The position numbers and the translations under genes were made by a program. This document shows positions 1 through 10,449 of a stretch of DNA of 64,000 nt, one piece after another. Source of the DNA: Candidatus Helarchaeota archaeon (lineage in GTDB: Archaea > Asgardarchaeota > Lokiarchaeia > Helarchaeales > RDOG01); assembly GCA_019058315.1 (NCBI GenBank), contig JAHPZH010000006.1, positions 192,001-256,000 of the forward strand, read 5' to 3'. The notes beneath the pieces were generated by a model that was not told the DNA's origin, did not search any database, and was given only the letters and a program-made list of their open reading frames with translations. Numbering within the stretch: the stretch's first letter is position 1; each line of letters starts with the position of its first letter.

Positions 1-1111
1 CTTCTGTCCAATAGTGAACGTTAAGTAATGGAAGCCAAGGTGGGGTAATTGTTAGATAACCTACAGTTCCCATGACATATCTTGTAGAAATATTTAAATA
101 TCTCAAGAACAAAGAAAATGCAGTCGCGAAATCCTCGCTATCTCCATATCCACTTGTTAAAAATCGAATAATATCTTTATTCGTTGTATTTATAATAGGA
201 TTATAGCGGAACCTGGTTTTAAAATACTCTAAGGCTGCTAAAGTTGTATCATAAGTATTATTTGTACTTGATATTGGGCTAATTGTTGATAAAAAATCTT
301 GAAGATAAGTATTTATAGAAGGTATATTTGTAACTTGTAAATATTTTCCTGGAAGTGAAGCCCCTTGAGAGGGAGGAGTAGAAGCGACATTTTGCTCAAT
401 ATAAGTTAAATTTGCATTAGGATTATAACTAACATTATAAATTATTTGACAGTTAGTTGGGTTTATTCCAGTATAAGTTAAATTTAAAATAGCATCTTTG
501 TATTCATTAGTTAATAAATTCCACGTTATATTAACACTAGGAGTTATGCTAAATGCTGGTGAGGTTAAGATTAAAGGAGAATCCCAAAGAATTGGTAGGG
601 GAATTGGTGCCCCACCTATCCCTTGTAATGCCAAGTCTATTCTAACTTGATAAATATCAGCACCTGAAAAAGGAGTAGCATAATTTAAAGATTGAAATGT
701 TGTATTGGTTTGGGACCAATCAGTTCCATCAAAATTATCATATGTAAAAAGTCTCCAGTAACGAGGAATAGTATCTGGAGTTACTGAAATATTGATATTA
801 GTTCCTAAATCATCCGGTAGGAGATCTATTGATTGCATTAAATCTATTAAAAGTTGTAACAAATCCTGAGGTGATATATCCTGTTCTAGGGGTGGTATAA
901 ATGCACCAATAGGAAAATCTCCTAATCTTATTTTACTTGTGAGAGCCCCTGGATCAAAGAAAAAGGATGATGGTAAAACTGAAATCACAACTATCCCAGA
1001 AAATAAAATGATAAAGGTAAAAGCAGCAGTTGTTATCGGTTTGCGGGCATATCTTCTAGCAGATAAATCTTCTGTTTCTCTTCTTCTATCTTGATTATTC
1101 CGAGAGGACAT
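1..1111 (-). CDS. Membrane-anchored transglutaminase-like (TgpA-type) protein, truncated by window edge
   Basis: Not in ORF track (runs off the left edge). ATG at 1111; N-terminal TM segment, RYWRLFTYDNFDGTDW motif, GYGDSEDFA and VHYWTE motifs in the same frame. Confidence 0.75.
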   Translation of the reverse strand, partial: MSSRNNQDRRRETEDLSARRYARKPITTAAFTFIILFSGIVVISVLPSSFFFDPGALTSKIRLGDFPIGAFIPPLEQDISPQDLLQLLIDLMQSIDLLPDDLGTNINISVTPDTIPRYWRLFTYDNFDGTDWSQTNTTFQSLNYATPFSGADIYQVRIDLALQGIGGAPIPLPILWDSPLILTSPAFSITPSVNITWNLLTNEYKDAILNLTYTGINPTNCQIIYNVSYNPNANLTYIEQNVASTPPSQGASLPGKYLQVTNIPSINTYLQDFLSTISPISSTNNTYDTTLAALEYFKTRFRYNPIINTTNKDIIRFLTSGYGDSEDFATAFSLFLRYLNISTRYVMGTVGYLTITPPWLPLLNVHYWTE

Positions 1112-1452
1112 TAAAGATTCCTTACCCGCATAACTAGATGATTATGAAATTTTTAATTTTTAATTAAACAAACTTTGAATAATAAATCTTAGAATAATAT
1201 TAATGAAATATCTTACATAAATTTCTTACTTATTAGGTAATACGAAGAATTTTATTAAAATTAATTTATTTTTTGTATGTTCTTTTTAAATATAATTTTA
1301 ATTTTATTCAATAAATCTGAAATTACTTCTATCTTCTATAAATTAAAAAATTCATTTTTAAGAAAAATAATCATAAATATATTTCATTTTTAATAACTAA
1401 AGAAATTTTGAAAATTATCCCTAAAATAATTAATATTGCTGTATTGGAGAAA

Positions 1453-2967
1453 CTAAAAAAATGTATATTTCAGCAAATCCAAGACCATTTTAATCCTATT
1501 CATTAAAATATTTTCATCAAATTTTGGATGAAATTTAAAATAATTTTCAAGATTTTTCATTTGATAAGTTAAAATTGGATTAGTCTTAGATGAAATGAAT
1601 TTTTTTAATTCAAGCGATTTTTTCAATATATCTCTAACCGTAAAATTTTCTGTCTCATGTGTTATTACAGAAGGATACCAAGAATCTATGTTTCTTTGGG
1701 TAGTAGAAAAAGTAAAAAAATCTTGAAATTTCTTTAATTTTAACTTAATACCATATTTTTCCGCATTTTCAAACAATTCTAAACCTGGGAATAGGCAAAG
1801 AGGAGTTATCCATTTTGGAAGTGCTCCTAATTTAATAGTTTTTACTATTAATTCCTTTGTTTTTTCAATATCGTCCTCTGTTTCAGAAGGTAAACCAACT
1901 AACCAGTAAGTTTTTGGTAGTATACCACTTTTTACAGAATGTTTTATTGAATCAATAACAATAGGAATCGTGTAAGGTCGTTTCATTATCTTTAAAATCT
2001 TTTCAGAACCAGTTTCTATACCAAAATCTACATTATCAACTCCGGCTCTGGAAAGAGCTGTAAAAATCTCTTGATTTAGACTTCCAGGTAGGGCTGCAAA
2101 ATTAAAATACTCTACTTTCTCATCTAGATTTTCCTTTTGCATAGCTTTTGCAATTTCTAATACATTTTTAGGTCTACAATAAATATAATCCTGTATTGAA
2201 AGCTTTTTAACATCCTTTAGAAGTATCTGAATTTGGGATATAATCCATTTAGGTGAATGAACAGCTAAATTTGTTCGATTTGATTTAAGAGAACTTGAAT
2301 AAGTATTTTTATTCCCAATACAATAATAACAATTATGAATACATGGACCTCTACAAGTATTAATCATACCAATATCATATGGTGGTATTAATCGAGGTTT
2401 TACTATATTGAGCTTATATGGTGGTATATCATCAATATTTTTTAAAATTTTAGCGGGCCCTTGATCTCTAATTCTATCATTCTCATCTATTCTTAAAATT
2501 CCTCTTACTTCGGATAAATCTCTATTTTTTTCTATACTATTAATATAATCTAAAAAGGTAAGTTCTGATTCTCCAATAAAAATTGCATTAAATAATTTTC
2601 TATAATTTTCTAAAATTTCACTCGCAAAAATAGTGGCATTAACTCCTCCTAAAACAATTGGTGTATTTGGAAAAATTTCTTTTAATTTTTCAGCACATTC
2701 AATTGCTCCTTTGCTAAATTGAATCCAATTCAACTCTATTCCTATTAATTTTGGATTATAACTTTTAAATATGTTAAAAATATTATCTTCTGTAAAACCC
2801 AAAGAATATGCATAAGGAATATTGAAAATTTCAACATTAAATCCTTCTTTTTCTAAAAATGCCCCAATTGATAACATTCCATAGCCAATCATTATTGATG
2901 ACATAATGGATTTCTTGGATTGCTCAGCATCTAAAATGGTTGGAGGATGAATTAATAAAATGTCCAA
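1453..2967 (-). CDS. B12-binding radical SAM protein
   Basis: N-terminal cobalamin-binding-like region (PIVLGGVNAT, IFIGESE), RGPCIHNCYYC CxxxCxxC motif, GIETGS. Confidence 0.85.
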   Translation of the reverse strand: MDILLIHPPTILDAEQSKKSIMSSIMIGYGMLSIGAFLEKEGFNVEIFNIPYAYSLGFTEDNIFNIFKSYNPKLIGIELNWIQFSKGAIECAEKLKEIFPNTPIVLGGVNATIFASEILENYRKLFNAIFIGESELTFLDYINSIEKNRDLSEVRGILRIDENDRIRDQGPAKILKNIDDIPPYKLNIVKPRLIPPYDIGMINTCRGPCIHNCYYCIGNKNTYSSSLKSNRTNLAVHSPKWIISQIQILLKDVKKLSIQDYIYCRPKNVLEIAKAMQKENLDEKVEYFNFAALPGSLNQEIFTALSRAGVDNVDFGIETGSEKILKIMKRPYTIPIVIDSIKHSVKSGILPKTYWLVGLPSETEDDIEKTKELIVKTIKLGALPKWITPLCLFPGLELFENAEKYGIKLKLKKFQDFFTFSTTQRNIDSWYPSVITHETENFTVRDILKKSLELKKFISSKTNPILTYQMKNLENYFKFHPKFDENILMNRIKMVLDLLKYTFF

Positions 2968-3081
2968 ATTTGTTCAACAAAATAAATTCAATATAATATA
3001 TTATTACATTATTCATACACAATTTTTTAAACTCCATTGAAAGTTCTTATATTAAAAAAAATTGATTTTGAAGGTAATAAA

Positions 3082-4041
3082 GTGTCAAAAGAGAAAAAGA
3101 CAACTAAAGAGGCTGAAGAAGAAAAAACACTTGAAGAACTCCAAGCTGAAAAAATAGAAAAAACACGAGAAGCTGGAAAAATAACACAAGAAGTCTATCC
3201 AAGGGCACAGAAGTTAGTAAAAATTGGTGCTAAAGTAATTGATATTTGCGATAATATAGAACAGATGATTAAAGAAAAGGGCGGAGAATTTGGATTTCCT
3301 TGTAATGTTTCAATTAATTCTATTGCTGCACATTATTCCTCTCCACCTAACGATGAGACTATAATAAAGGAAAATGATGTTGTTAAAGTCGATTTTGGGG
3401 TTCATAAAGATGGATATGTTTCGGATTTTGCTTTTACAGTATGTTTTAATCCAGAACTCAACTCTTTAGTCGAAGCTGCTGAAGAAGCATTAAGGACAGT
3501 TATTGAAAATGTAAAACCAGGGGCAAAAACTAATGAATTGGGTGCGCTTGCAGAACAAGCTATAAAGAAATATGGTTATCGTCCGGTTATTGATTTATCG
3601 GGACATTTACTTGAACAATGGGAATTACATGGAAAAAAGGTGATTCCTGAAATTTCTCTGCCTACTGGAGAAGAAATTAAAGAAGGTGAAGTCTACGCCA
3701 TGGAAACGTTTGCAACAACAGGTTCGGGCAGAGTTCATGATCTTCCATATTGTTACATCTATAATTTACTTCCAACCAGAGTCTATCCCAGATCTAAACC
3801 AGCTAGAAAAATAATTCGCATCATTAGAGATAAATATAAAACTTTACCTTTTGCTAAACGATGGCTCCCTAAAGATGTTGGTATGGGGTACTTGCTCGGA
3901 CTTCGGGAACTTGTCAGGTTTAAAATTTTACATGAATATAAACCATTGGCTGATATAAAAGAAAGTTACATTGCACAAAGAGAATATACATTTATTGTAA
4001 CTTCGGATGGTTGTGAAGTTATAAATGGAAAATTTCCATAA
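3082..4041 (+). CDS. map: Methionine aminopeptidase type II
   Basis: FPCNVSINSIAAHYS, DFGVHKDGYVSD, SGH, METFAT; GTG at 3082 after AAGGT is the likelier start (track start 3037). Confidence 0.93.
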   Translation: MSKEKKTTKEAEEEKTLEELQAEKIEKTREAGKITQEVYPRAQKLVKIGAKVIDICDNIEQMIKEKGGEFGFPCNVSINSIAAHYSSPPNDETIIKENDVVKVDFGVHKDGYVSDFAFTVCFNPELNSLVEAAEEALRTVIENVKPGAKTNELGALAEQAIKKYGYRPVIDLSGHLLEQWELHGKKVIPEISLPTGEEIKEGEVYAMETFATTGSGRVHDLPYCYIYNLLPTRVYPRSKPARKIIRIIRDKYKTLPFAKRWLPKDVGMGYLLGLRELVRFKILHEYKPLADIKESYIAQREYTFIVTSDGCEVINGKFP

Positions 4042-4116
4042 AATAAAATAAGACTGGAATAAAATATCTAAATAACTTTTAAACCACATTTTCCAAGTAC
4101 AATTAGAGCTTATTTT

Positions 4117-4833
4117 ATGAATTTAGACAAAATTGTGACTAAATCTGATTATAAAATTCGATACGACCTTTATAAATTCTGTAAAATTACTTCAAAAGGT
4201 CTTTTATTTCCTAATTTTAAATTAATTCTACGTAGAGTAGCATGTGGTAATCCTAATCCGAAAAAAAAGGAATATGCTTACTATAGAATTTTGGAAAATA
4301 AAGATGAAAAATGTATTCAGTTCATAATATTTTATCAATGGCAATATTTTCCACCCCATAAACATGATTATCATCCATTTTTTATATATTTAGATAAAAA
4401 CTTAAACGTTAGCCACATGATTTATGATAAAGGACATCATAGAGGTAAAAAAATAATCCCAACAAAAAAACCCTTAATTTTTTCAATTTTTTTGCCTGAT
4501 CATCATTTCGAAACTAAGTTTAAATCTATGATTTTAACAAGACCTCTTAAATGTACATATAAACCTCTCAAACCAAAACAAATTATTTATTTTTGGAAAA
4601 TAAATAGCATGGCACAATTAAAGTTGAGAACAAAATTAATCGATCCTTGGGATTCAGGGATTCATTATACCTTTAGGGATGAGGTTCAATGCCCAAATTG
4701 TGGAAATTCACATCTTTTAGATTTTATGAATCTTCTAAAAAATAGACTTTTTTTAAAAATCGAATGTCAAAATCATAGCTTTAAAGCTGAGTATGATATA
4801 ATTGACCAAACATTTACTACTTTAAAGTTGTGA
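4117..4833 (+). CDS. Hypothetical protein with His-rich motifs and C-terminal CxxC
   Basis: 238-aa ORF; HKHDYHPF, GHH, DHH, CPNC. Confidence 0.55.
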   Translation: MNLDKIVTKSDYKIRYDLYKFCKITSKGLLFPNFKLILRRVACGNPNPKKKEYAYYRILENKDEKCIQFIIFYQWQYFPPHKHDYHPFFIYLDKNLNVSHMIYDKGHHRGKKIIPTKKPLIFSIFLPDHHFETKFKSMILTRPLKCTYKPLKPKQIIYFWKINSMAQLKLRTKLIDPWDSGIHYTFRDEVQCPNCGNSHLLDFMNLLKNRLFLKIECQNHSFKAEYDIIDQTFTTLKL

Positions 4834-4855
4834 CAAACAAAAATAATAATTTTTA

Positions 4856-6682
4856 TTATTTTTTTCGATAAAAAATACCTTTTTTAATTGTGCCTTCCAA
4901 TTCTCCACTATCAATTAATTTAATTATGATACCCTCAACTTTGATATTACTCATTCCTAATTTTTCAGCTAAAATACTAATTGGTATTTTATCTAATTTT
5001 TCAAGTCGCTTAGCCAATTCTGATTTTGGTTTAGGAGGTGGACCGGTAGGTTTTTTTGCTACTTTGACAGATTCTGGGGTCGGAGCTATAGGGGTTTTTT
5101 TCGGCTTTTTTTCTTCCTTAACTTTTTTAATTGGAGTTATAGCACTTTCAAATAGGTTCAAATATGTCATTGCACCTAATAACAAATTTCCTTCTAAAGA
5201 ATTACGATCACTAACTTCTAGGGGTTCTGCAAACTTAACTTCTGCTTCTAATAAGAAATCCATAATTTTATCAGAACTGAATTTTATTTCAGGATGTTCT
5301 ATGTTTAATTTTTTAATTTTTGAAATATCGTTCAAGACTCTTTTATTCCATTGTTCAAATTCATCTAAATTATAGATAAAAACTCCATGTTGAACTGATG
5401 TAGAGCTGAACCATCCAATTAAGTCACGAATTATAAAACCAGTGCAATTACCTTGAGTCCAATCTATTTTTGGATGAAATTCTTTACAAACTAGATTATT
5501 CATACCAGAAACGATATTACAAGAGTAATTTTCTTTTCCCCAATTATCCCATGCTAGATAAATGAACTTTTCTTCTCCTCGATGTTTTATTTTTAATTTA
5601 ACTTTATCATCTTCTAAAATAAAATCTCCTATTTTAGCTGTTATAGCTGTGTTTAATGGTGCCTGTCCTTCTTGCTGAGGGGAAGTTGGAGGCTGTGTGG
5701 TTTGCGAAGTTTGTGAAGCAGTAGGTTTGGGAGGGAGTGCTATTATTTTAGAAGCAGGTTTTGAGGTAGTTTTTTCCGTAACAGGTAATTTTAATAAGAA
5801 TAAACAATGCGGACATCTGCAAACACCGCCTTCAATCATTTTACTTTGTTTAGCCCATTCTTCAGCACAATGAATATGCATTCCTGTTTTGCAATATGGA
5901 CATAATCTAATACATTCTGTAGTTCCATCAACTGGACATTTATCAGTTCTACAAATTTCACAAAAATTTACTTTTACTCCCATTAATTTATTTACTGCTT
6001 TTTGCATCTCTTCTGAAAGGCTGGTCAAATCCAATAAATCAGCAGCAATTAAGGATAACTTTGGCATTGTTTTTTTCAATTCGAATACATCTTTCTTATG
6101 GCTCAAGCTTTTTATAGTAACTTCAAGCAAGGATTTATCATAAATATTATAAAATTCACCTAGAATTGCCATTGATTCTAATAATTTACCAAAAGATCTA
6201 GTTTCTAGTTTTGAAATTTCAATACAATCAGTAATTATTCCTAACTCTGCAGCTACATTTGCTCTCTCGATGGGATCTATACTCGAAAGTGTTGCTTTTC
6301 CATCTGAAATTATTAAGATACGATTAACATTCCCCCCACTAGCAGAATCTCCTGCCTTAGCCATCTTTTGACCTATAAATTGAACTGTAAATCCCATTCC
6401 TTCACCCAAAGCTGAAATTCCGTGGACTCTAACATTTTTTATCGCACTTATAATTTGATCTAAATCATCAGTATAATCTTGAACTACTTGACCAGCTGTA
6501 GAAAATGTGATAAGTGCAAATCGATCTGCCTTATCTATTTCATTTTTCAATTTGACCCATTCTATAAGAGCACTTTTAACAGCCTCAATTCTACAAGGAT
6601 CAAAATCTTTTCTTGCCATCGAACGTGATACGTCCATAAGTATAACAGTATCTTCGATATCAAATTCTCTAGTATCGGACAT
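4856..6682 (-). CDS. vWA domain + RING/PHD-like Zn finger + C-terminal PCI-like winged helix protein
   Basis: MIDAS DVSRS and ISDG; CxxC..CPYC..HIHC..W..CPHC; C-terminal IPISILAEKLGMSNIKVEGIIIKLIDSGELEGTI. Confidence 0.75.
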   Translation of the reverse strand: MSDTREFDIEDTVILMDVSRSMARKDFDPCRIEAVKSALIEWVKLKNEIDKADRFALITFSTAGQVVQDYTDDLDQIISAIKNVRVHGISALGEGMGFTVQFIGQKMAKAGDSASGGNVNRILIISDGKATLSSIDPIERANVAAELGIITDCIEISKLETRSFGKLLESMAILGEFYNIYDKSLLEVTIKSLSHKKDVFELKKTMPKLSLIAADLLDLTSLSEEMQKAVNKLMGVKVNFCEICRTDKCPVDGTTECIRLCPYCKTGMHIHCAEEWAKQSKMIEGGVCRCPHCLFLLKLPVTEKTTSKPASKIIALPPKPTASQTSQTTQPPTSPQQEGQAPLNTAITAKIGDFILEDDKVKLKIKHRGEEKFIYLAWDNWGKENYSCNIVSGMNNLVCKEFHPKIDWTQGNCTGFIIRDLIGWFSSTSVQHGVFIYNLDEFEQWNKRVLNDISKIKKLNIEHPEIKFSSDKIMDFLLEAEVKFAEPLEVSDRNSLEGNLLLGAMTYLNLFESAITPIKKVKEEKKPKKTPIAPTPESVKVAKKPTGPPPKPKSELAKRLEKLDKIPISILAEKLGMSNIKVEGIIIKLIDSGELEGTIKKGIFYRKK

Positions 6683-6738
6683 AAAATCCTCTATTCACAT
6701 TTCATTTTATAAATTAATTTTTCAAATTTTAATTTCAA

Positions 6739-7143
6739 TTATTCATTCTTTAAATTTGAAATTTTCTTAATTAACTTCAAATATTCTAGAATTGAAGAAT
6801 TTTTTAATCTATAATGTATAAATTTACCCCTTTTAATTCCCTCAATAAGATCTATTTCTTCTAATTTTTGAACATGATGAGATATTGTAGGTTGCTTCAA
6901 ATCTGTTAATACTTGAAATTCACAAATACACATTTCTTCTTTATGTACGAGTAGTTGAAATATTAAAAACCGAGTTTTATCAGCTAAAGCTTTAAAAATC
7001 TTCAATAAATCAGTAAAATCTTGATTATTTTCAATCTTTTCTTGTAATTGTTTTAGATCATCGATATATTTATTTATATCAGTTCCTTCTTCTTTACACT
7101 TCATTAAAACATCTAATTGCTTTAATTCTATATCTTCAGACAT
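6739..7143 (-). CDS. arsR: ArsR/SmtB family transcriptional regulator
   Basis: FKALADKTR, EMCICEF, QPTISHH; divergent from acr3. Confidence 0.88.
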   Translation of the reverse strand: MSEDIELKQLDVLMKCKEEGTDINKYIDDLKQLQEKIENNQDFTDLLKIFKALADKTRFLIFQLLVHKEEMCICEFQVLTDLKQPTISHHVQKLEEIDLIEGIKRGKFIHYRLKNSSILEYLKLIKKISNLKNE

Positions 7144-7237
7144 TTCATTTACCCTAAGATAATTATATCTAAGAAATATTTATATATATTGAATCGTATC
7201 GTTCCACATAGATATATATCGATACACAACCAATTTA

Positions 7238-8401
7238 ATGAATATAAATGTGATAAAAATGCATGGAAACTCTGAAGAAATTGAACAAATTGAAGAGGTA
7301 TCAATGAGTTTATTTGAAAAATATTTAACTCTATGGATTGTTCTATTTATGGTAATTGGTGTTTTATTAGGTCAATTTTTTCCTATTATTTCTGATACAT
7401 TAGCTGGTTTTCAATTTGCGGGTTTTTCAATTCCTATCGCAATTTGCTTGTTTTTCATGATGTACCCTACTCTAATTAACATTGAACTTTCTGAATTAAA
7501 GAATGTCGTAAAAGCTCCAAAATCTCTGTTAATTACGATTATTGCAAATTGGGCAATTAATCCTATATTAGGTTACTTTTTAGCACATGGATTTTTTGGT
7601 GCAAATGGGATTTTTAGTCAAGATGGTCAAAACCTAATCATTATAGGGATATCTCTAGTAAATCCAGTTTTAGGTTATATAGCAGCTAATACATTATTAG
7701 GGATTAACCAACAATATCTAGTTGGTTTATTATTGCTTAGTGCTTCCCCATGTACAGCCATGGTTCTTTTTTGGAATAAGTTCGGAAAAGGAGATATTCA
7801 TCAAGGTCTAGTTAATACATCATTGAATAGCATTTTAATCTTGTTTCTGTATTCCCCCTTAGCATCATTACTAATTGGATTAAGTGGCATTCAGGTTCCA
7901 TTTGAGACTCTATTATTCGGTACTATATTCTTCCTTGCAATACCATTAATATTAGGAATAATTACAAAAAAAATAATTTATAGCAAAAAAAGTAAGGAAT
8001 ATTATATCGAAACATTCAAACCCACCTTGGATAAAATAGCAATAGGTGCGTTATTAATTACTTTAATTGTTCTATTTTCTTTACAAGGAGATGTTATTAT
8101 TAATAGACCCGCAGATGTCCTAAAAATAACTATTCCACTGGTCATCGGCTATGTAGTAATGTTCAGTTTAGTATTTTTGATATCATGGGCTGTTAAATTA
8201 AATTATAAACAATCCGTTACCTCTACAATTATAGGGTCAAGTTCTCATTTTGAAATTGCAATAGCGACTGCAATAGCACTATATGGAGTAGGAAGCTCTG
8301 CAGCGTTTGCAACAGTTATTGGACCACTATGGGAAGTGCCTTTAATGGTAACATTCATTACTCTGGCCTGGAGGTTAAAGAATCGTTTTCCAAGAAAATA
8401 A
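7238..8401 (+). CDS. acr3: Acr3 family arsenite efflux transporter
   Basis: FEKYLTLW, MMYP, SPCTAMV, SSHFEIAIATAI, GPLWEVP. Confidence 0.93.
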   Translation: MNINVIKMHGNSEEIEQIEEVSMSLFEKYLTLWIVLFMVIGVLLGQFFPIISDTLAGFQFAGFSIPIAICLFFMMYPTLINIELSELKNVVKAPKSLLITIIANWAINPILGYFLAHGFFGANGIFSQDGQNLIIIGISLVNPVLGYIAANTLLGINQQYLVGLLLLSASPCTAMVLFWNKFGKGDIHQGLVNTSLNSILILFLYSPLASLLIGLSGIQVPFETLLFGTIFFLAIPLILGIITKKIIYSKKSKEYYIETFKPTLDKIAIGALLITLIVLFSLQGDVIINRPADVLKITIPLVIGYVVMFSLVFLISWAVKLNYKQSVTSTIIGSSSHFEIAIATAIALYGVGSSAAFATVIGPLWEVPLMVTFITLAWRLKNRFPRK

Positions 8402-8424
8402 TAAACTTTATTCATCTATATTTT

Positions 8425-9525
8425 TTATTTTATTTTAATAAAAGACAATAAATCGTTTATATTTTCTTTATTTTTTGCAGAAATGTAAAAATATGGATAT
8501 TTTGAAAGTACAGGTTCTAAATATTGTATAATTATTTCAAACTCCTGCTTTGATATTAAATCAAATTTGTTGAAGACTAAAAGGACTTTATTAAGATTTA
8601 TGCCAATTTCTTTTAACAAATTTAAGCTATATTCCAATTTATAATTAATTAAATCGAGTTTGTCATCAAGTGCAATTAAATAGATCAAAATATCAGCATT
8701 TTGCATGTCCATTAAGTTCAATTCAAAGCTTTTAATCAATCTTGGGTCCAAATCTATTACAAATCCTATGGTATCAACAAACATGATATTAAAATTTTTA
8801 TTAATTCTCCGATATTTACTAGATAATGTGGTAAAAGGTAAATCGCTAGTAGGTTTCTGCGAACCAGTGAATAAATTAAATAATGTCGTCTTCCCAGCGT
8901 TATAATAACCTACAATGCAACAAATTTTTCCACCATTCAATATTTCTCTTCTTTTTTGGATTCTCTTTAATTTTTTTGTTTTCATTTGTTCTATTTCAGT
9001 TGTCAAAGTTGCTATCTTTTTATCATAACTCTTAATTTTTGAGTGAAATGCAAATTCTCCTGGCCCAAATTTTCGAGCTGGTAGGTCTTGTTTAAATTTG
9101 ATATTAGCCTGTAATTTATACAAAGGAAACTGTTTTCTTAATTGAGCTAATTGAATTTGAATCTTTGATAGTTTATCTGTTGAATTCTTTTCAAAAATCT
9201 TTAGTGTAAGTTCATATCGGTCTAAAATTTCAACCTCTTGATGACCAGATAATTCTGTTAATAAATTCAGTTTCTGTTTGCTAGTTAAAGTATTGTAAAA
9301 AATAACAGTTTCAATATTTAATTCTTGAATTAATTTCTTTAGTTCTTGAACTTTGCCTTTTCCTATAAGAAATTTGGATTTTTTCTTTAATTTAGTTTGA
9401 ATTATTTTCGTGATAATTTCATAATTTAATGATTCTGCAAGTTTTTCTAGTTCTCTTATTTGGATTTTATAAAAAAAATGATCATGAATATCGGTTTTAA
9501 GCAGACAGAGGATACTTCTTTTCAT
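8425..9525 (-). CDS. hflX: HflX family GTPase
   Basis: IGKGKVQEL, ILDRYEL, GPGE, VGYYNAGKTT, DTIGF, NKFD, ISAK. Confidence 0.9.
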   Translation of the reverse strand: MKRSILCLLKTDIHDHFFYKIQIRELEKLAESLNYEIITKIIQTKLKKKSKFLIGKGKVQELKKLIQELNIETVIFYNTLTSKQKLNLLTELSGHQEVEILDRYELTLKIFEKNSTDKLSKIQIQLAQLRKQFPLYKLQANIKFKQDLPARKFGPGEFAFHSKIKSYDKKIATLTTEIEQMKTKKLKRIQKRREILNGGKICCIVGYYNAGKTTLFNLFTGSQKPTSDLPFTTLSSKYRRINKNFNIMFVDTIGFVIDLDPRLIKSFELNLMDMQNADILIYLIALDDKLDLINYKLEYSLNLLKEIGINLNKVLLVFNKFDLISKQEFEIIIQYLEPVLSKYPYFYISAKNKENINDLLSFIKIK

Positions 9526-9683
9526 TAAATAATCTTCTTCAGTATTTAAGTTCTTTAAAGTAACTTGATGATAATTATTTTAAAATGAATTACTTATATC
9601 CTTTGCATAAATATTTGAAAGATTACAAGTCTAATTACTAAAATTAGATAAAAGAAAGTTATTATAAAAAATTTGAAGAAAAT

Positions 9684-10346
9684 TTATGAACGAACATTTA
9701 TGATTCTGATAAAATCTGCAGTTTCTTCAGCAAAGTCAGAGATCTGTTCAAAAGCTTGTACCATATCAAATACAGTTATTGCAATATATGGAGAATAAGC
9801 TGGTTTAACATTAATTAGTTTTCTTTTAATTTCATAATTAATACCATCTACATCATGTTCTAATTCATTTATTTTCATAGTGCTTTCCATTACTTTATCC
9901 ATTGTTTCACCTAACTGTAAATCTATGGTTTTATGCAACAGTTCCACACATTTTAATGTTATCTCACTCATCTTTTTTAAATCATCTGCGATTGGAGCTA
10001 AAACATCAGGAGATAATATTCCTAGTCGATTAGCAGTAGCATTTGCATTATTTGCAACTGAATCAAGTCTTGAAATTAAATGTGCTAAATCTTCCCTTAC
10101 ACTGGGTGTTAATTCTCCTTTTGAAAGTTCTACCATAACTTTTCTTCGAATTGAGTCGCATTCACGTTCTAAATCATCAATTTTTTTTATGTTTTTACTA
10201 ACATCTGTACCTTTTCCGTCTAGAAATAATTTTATTGTTTTGTCCAGTTCATAAACACTATCATATACTTTTTTTGCGTGTTCTTTCGTTTCTTTTATTA
10301 TGCTAGCCTCACGCCTAGATTTAAACCAATCTATAAGAGTTCCCAT
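9684..10346 (-). CDS. DUF47 / PhoU-like phosphate transport regulator
   Basis: LERECDSIRR, REDL, LEHDVD, EQISDFAE helical repeat motifs; ATG at 10346 preferred over TTG 10376. Confidence 0.85.
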   Translation of the reverse strand: MGTLIDWFKSRREASIIKETKEHAKKVYDSVYELDKTIKLFLDGKGTDVSKNIKKIDDLERECDSIRRKVMVELSKGELTPSVREDLAHLISRLDSVANNANATANRLGILSPDVLAPIADDLKKMSEITLKCVELLHKTIDLQLGETMDKVMESTMKINELEHDVDGINYEIKRKLINVKPAYSPYIAITVFDMVQAFEQISDFAEETADFIRIINVRS

Positions 10347-10449
10347 AGTATCACTTTCTTTATTAGATTTTTTCAATAAATTTACTAATAATATTTAAGT
10401 TTTTTTAATACCTACTATCATTATAATAAAAACATTGTTATGAAAAAAG

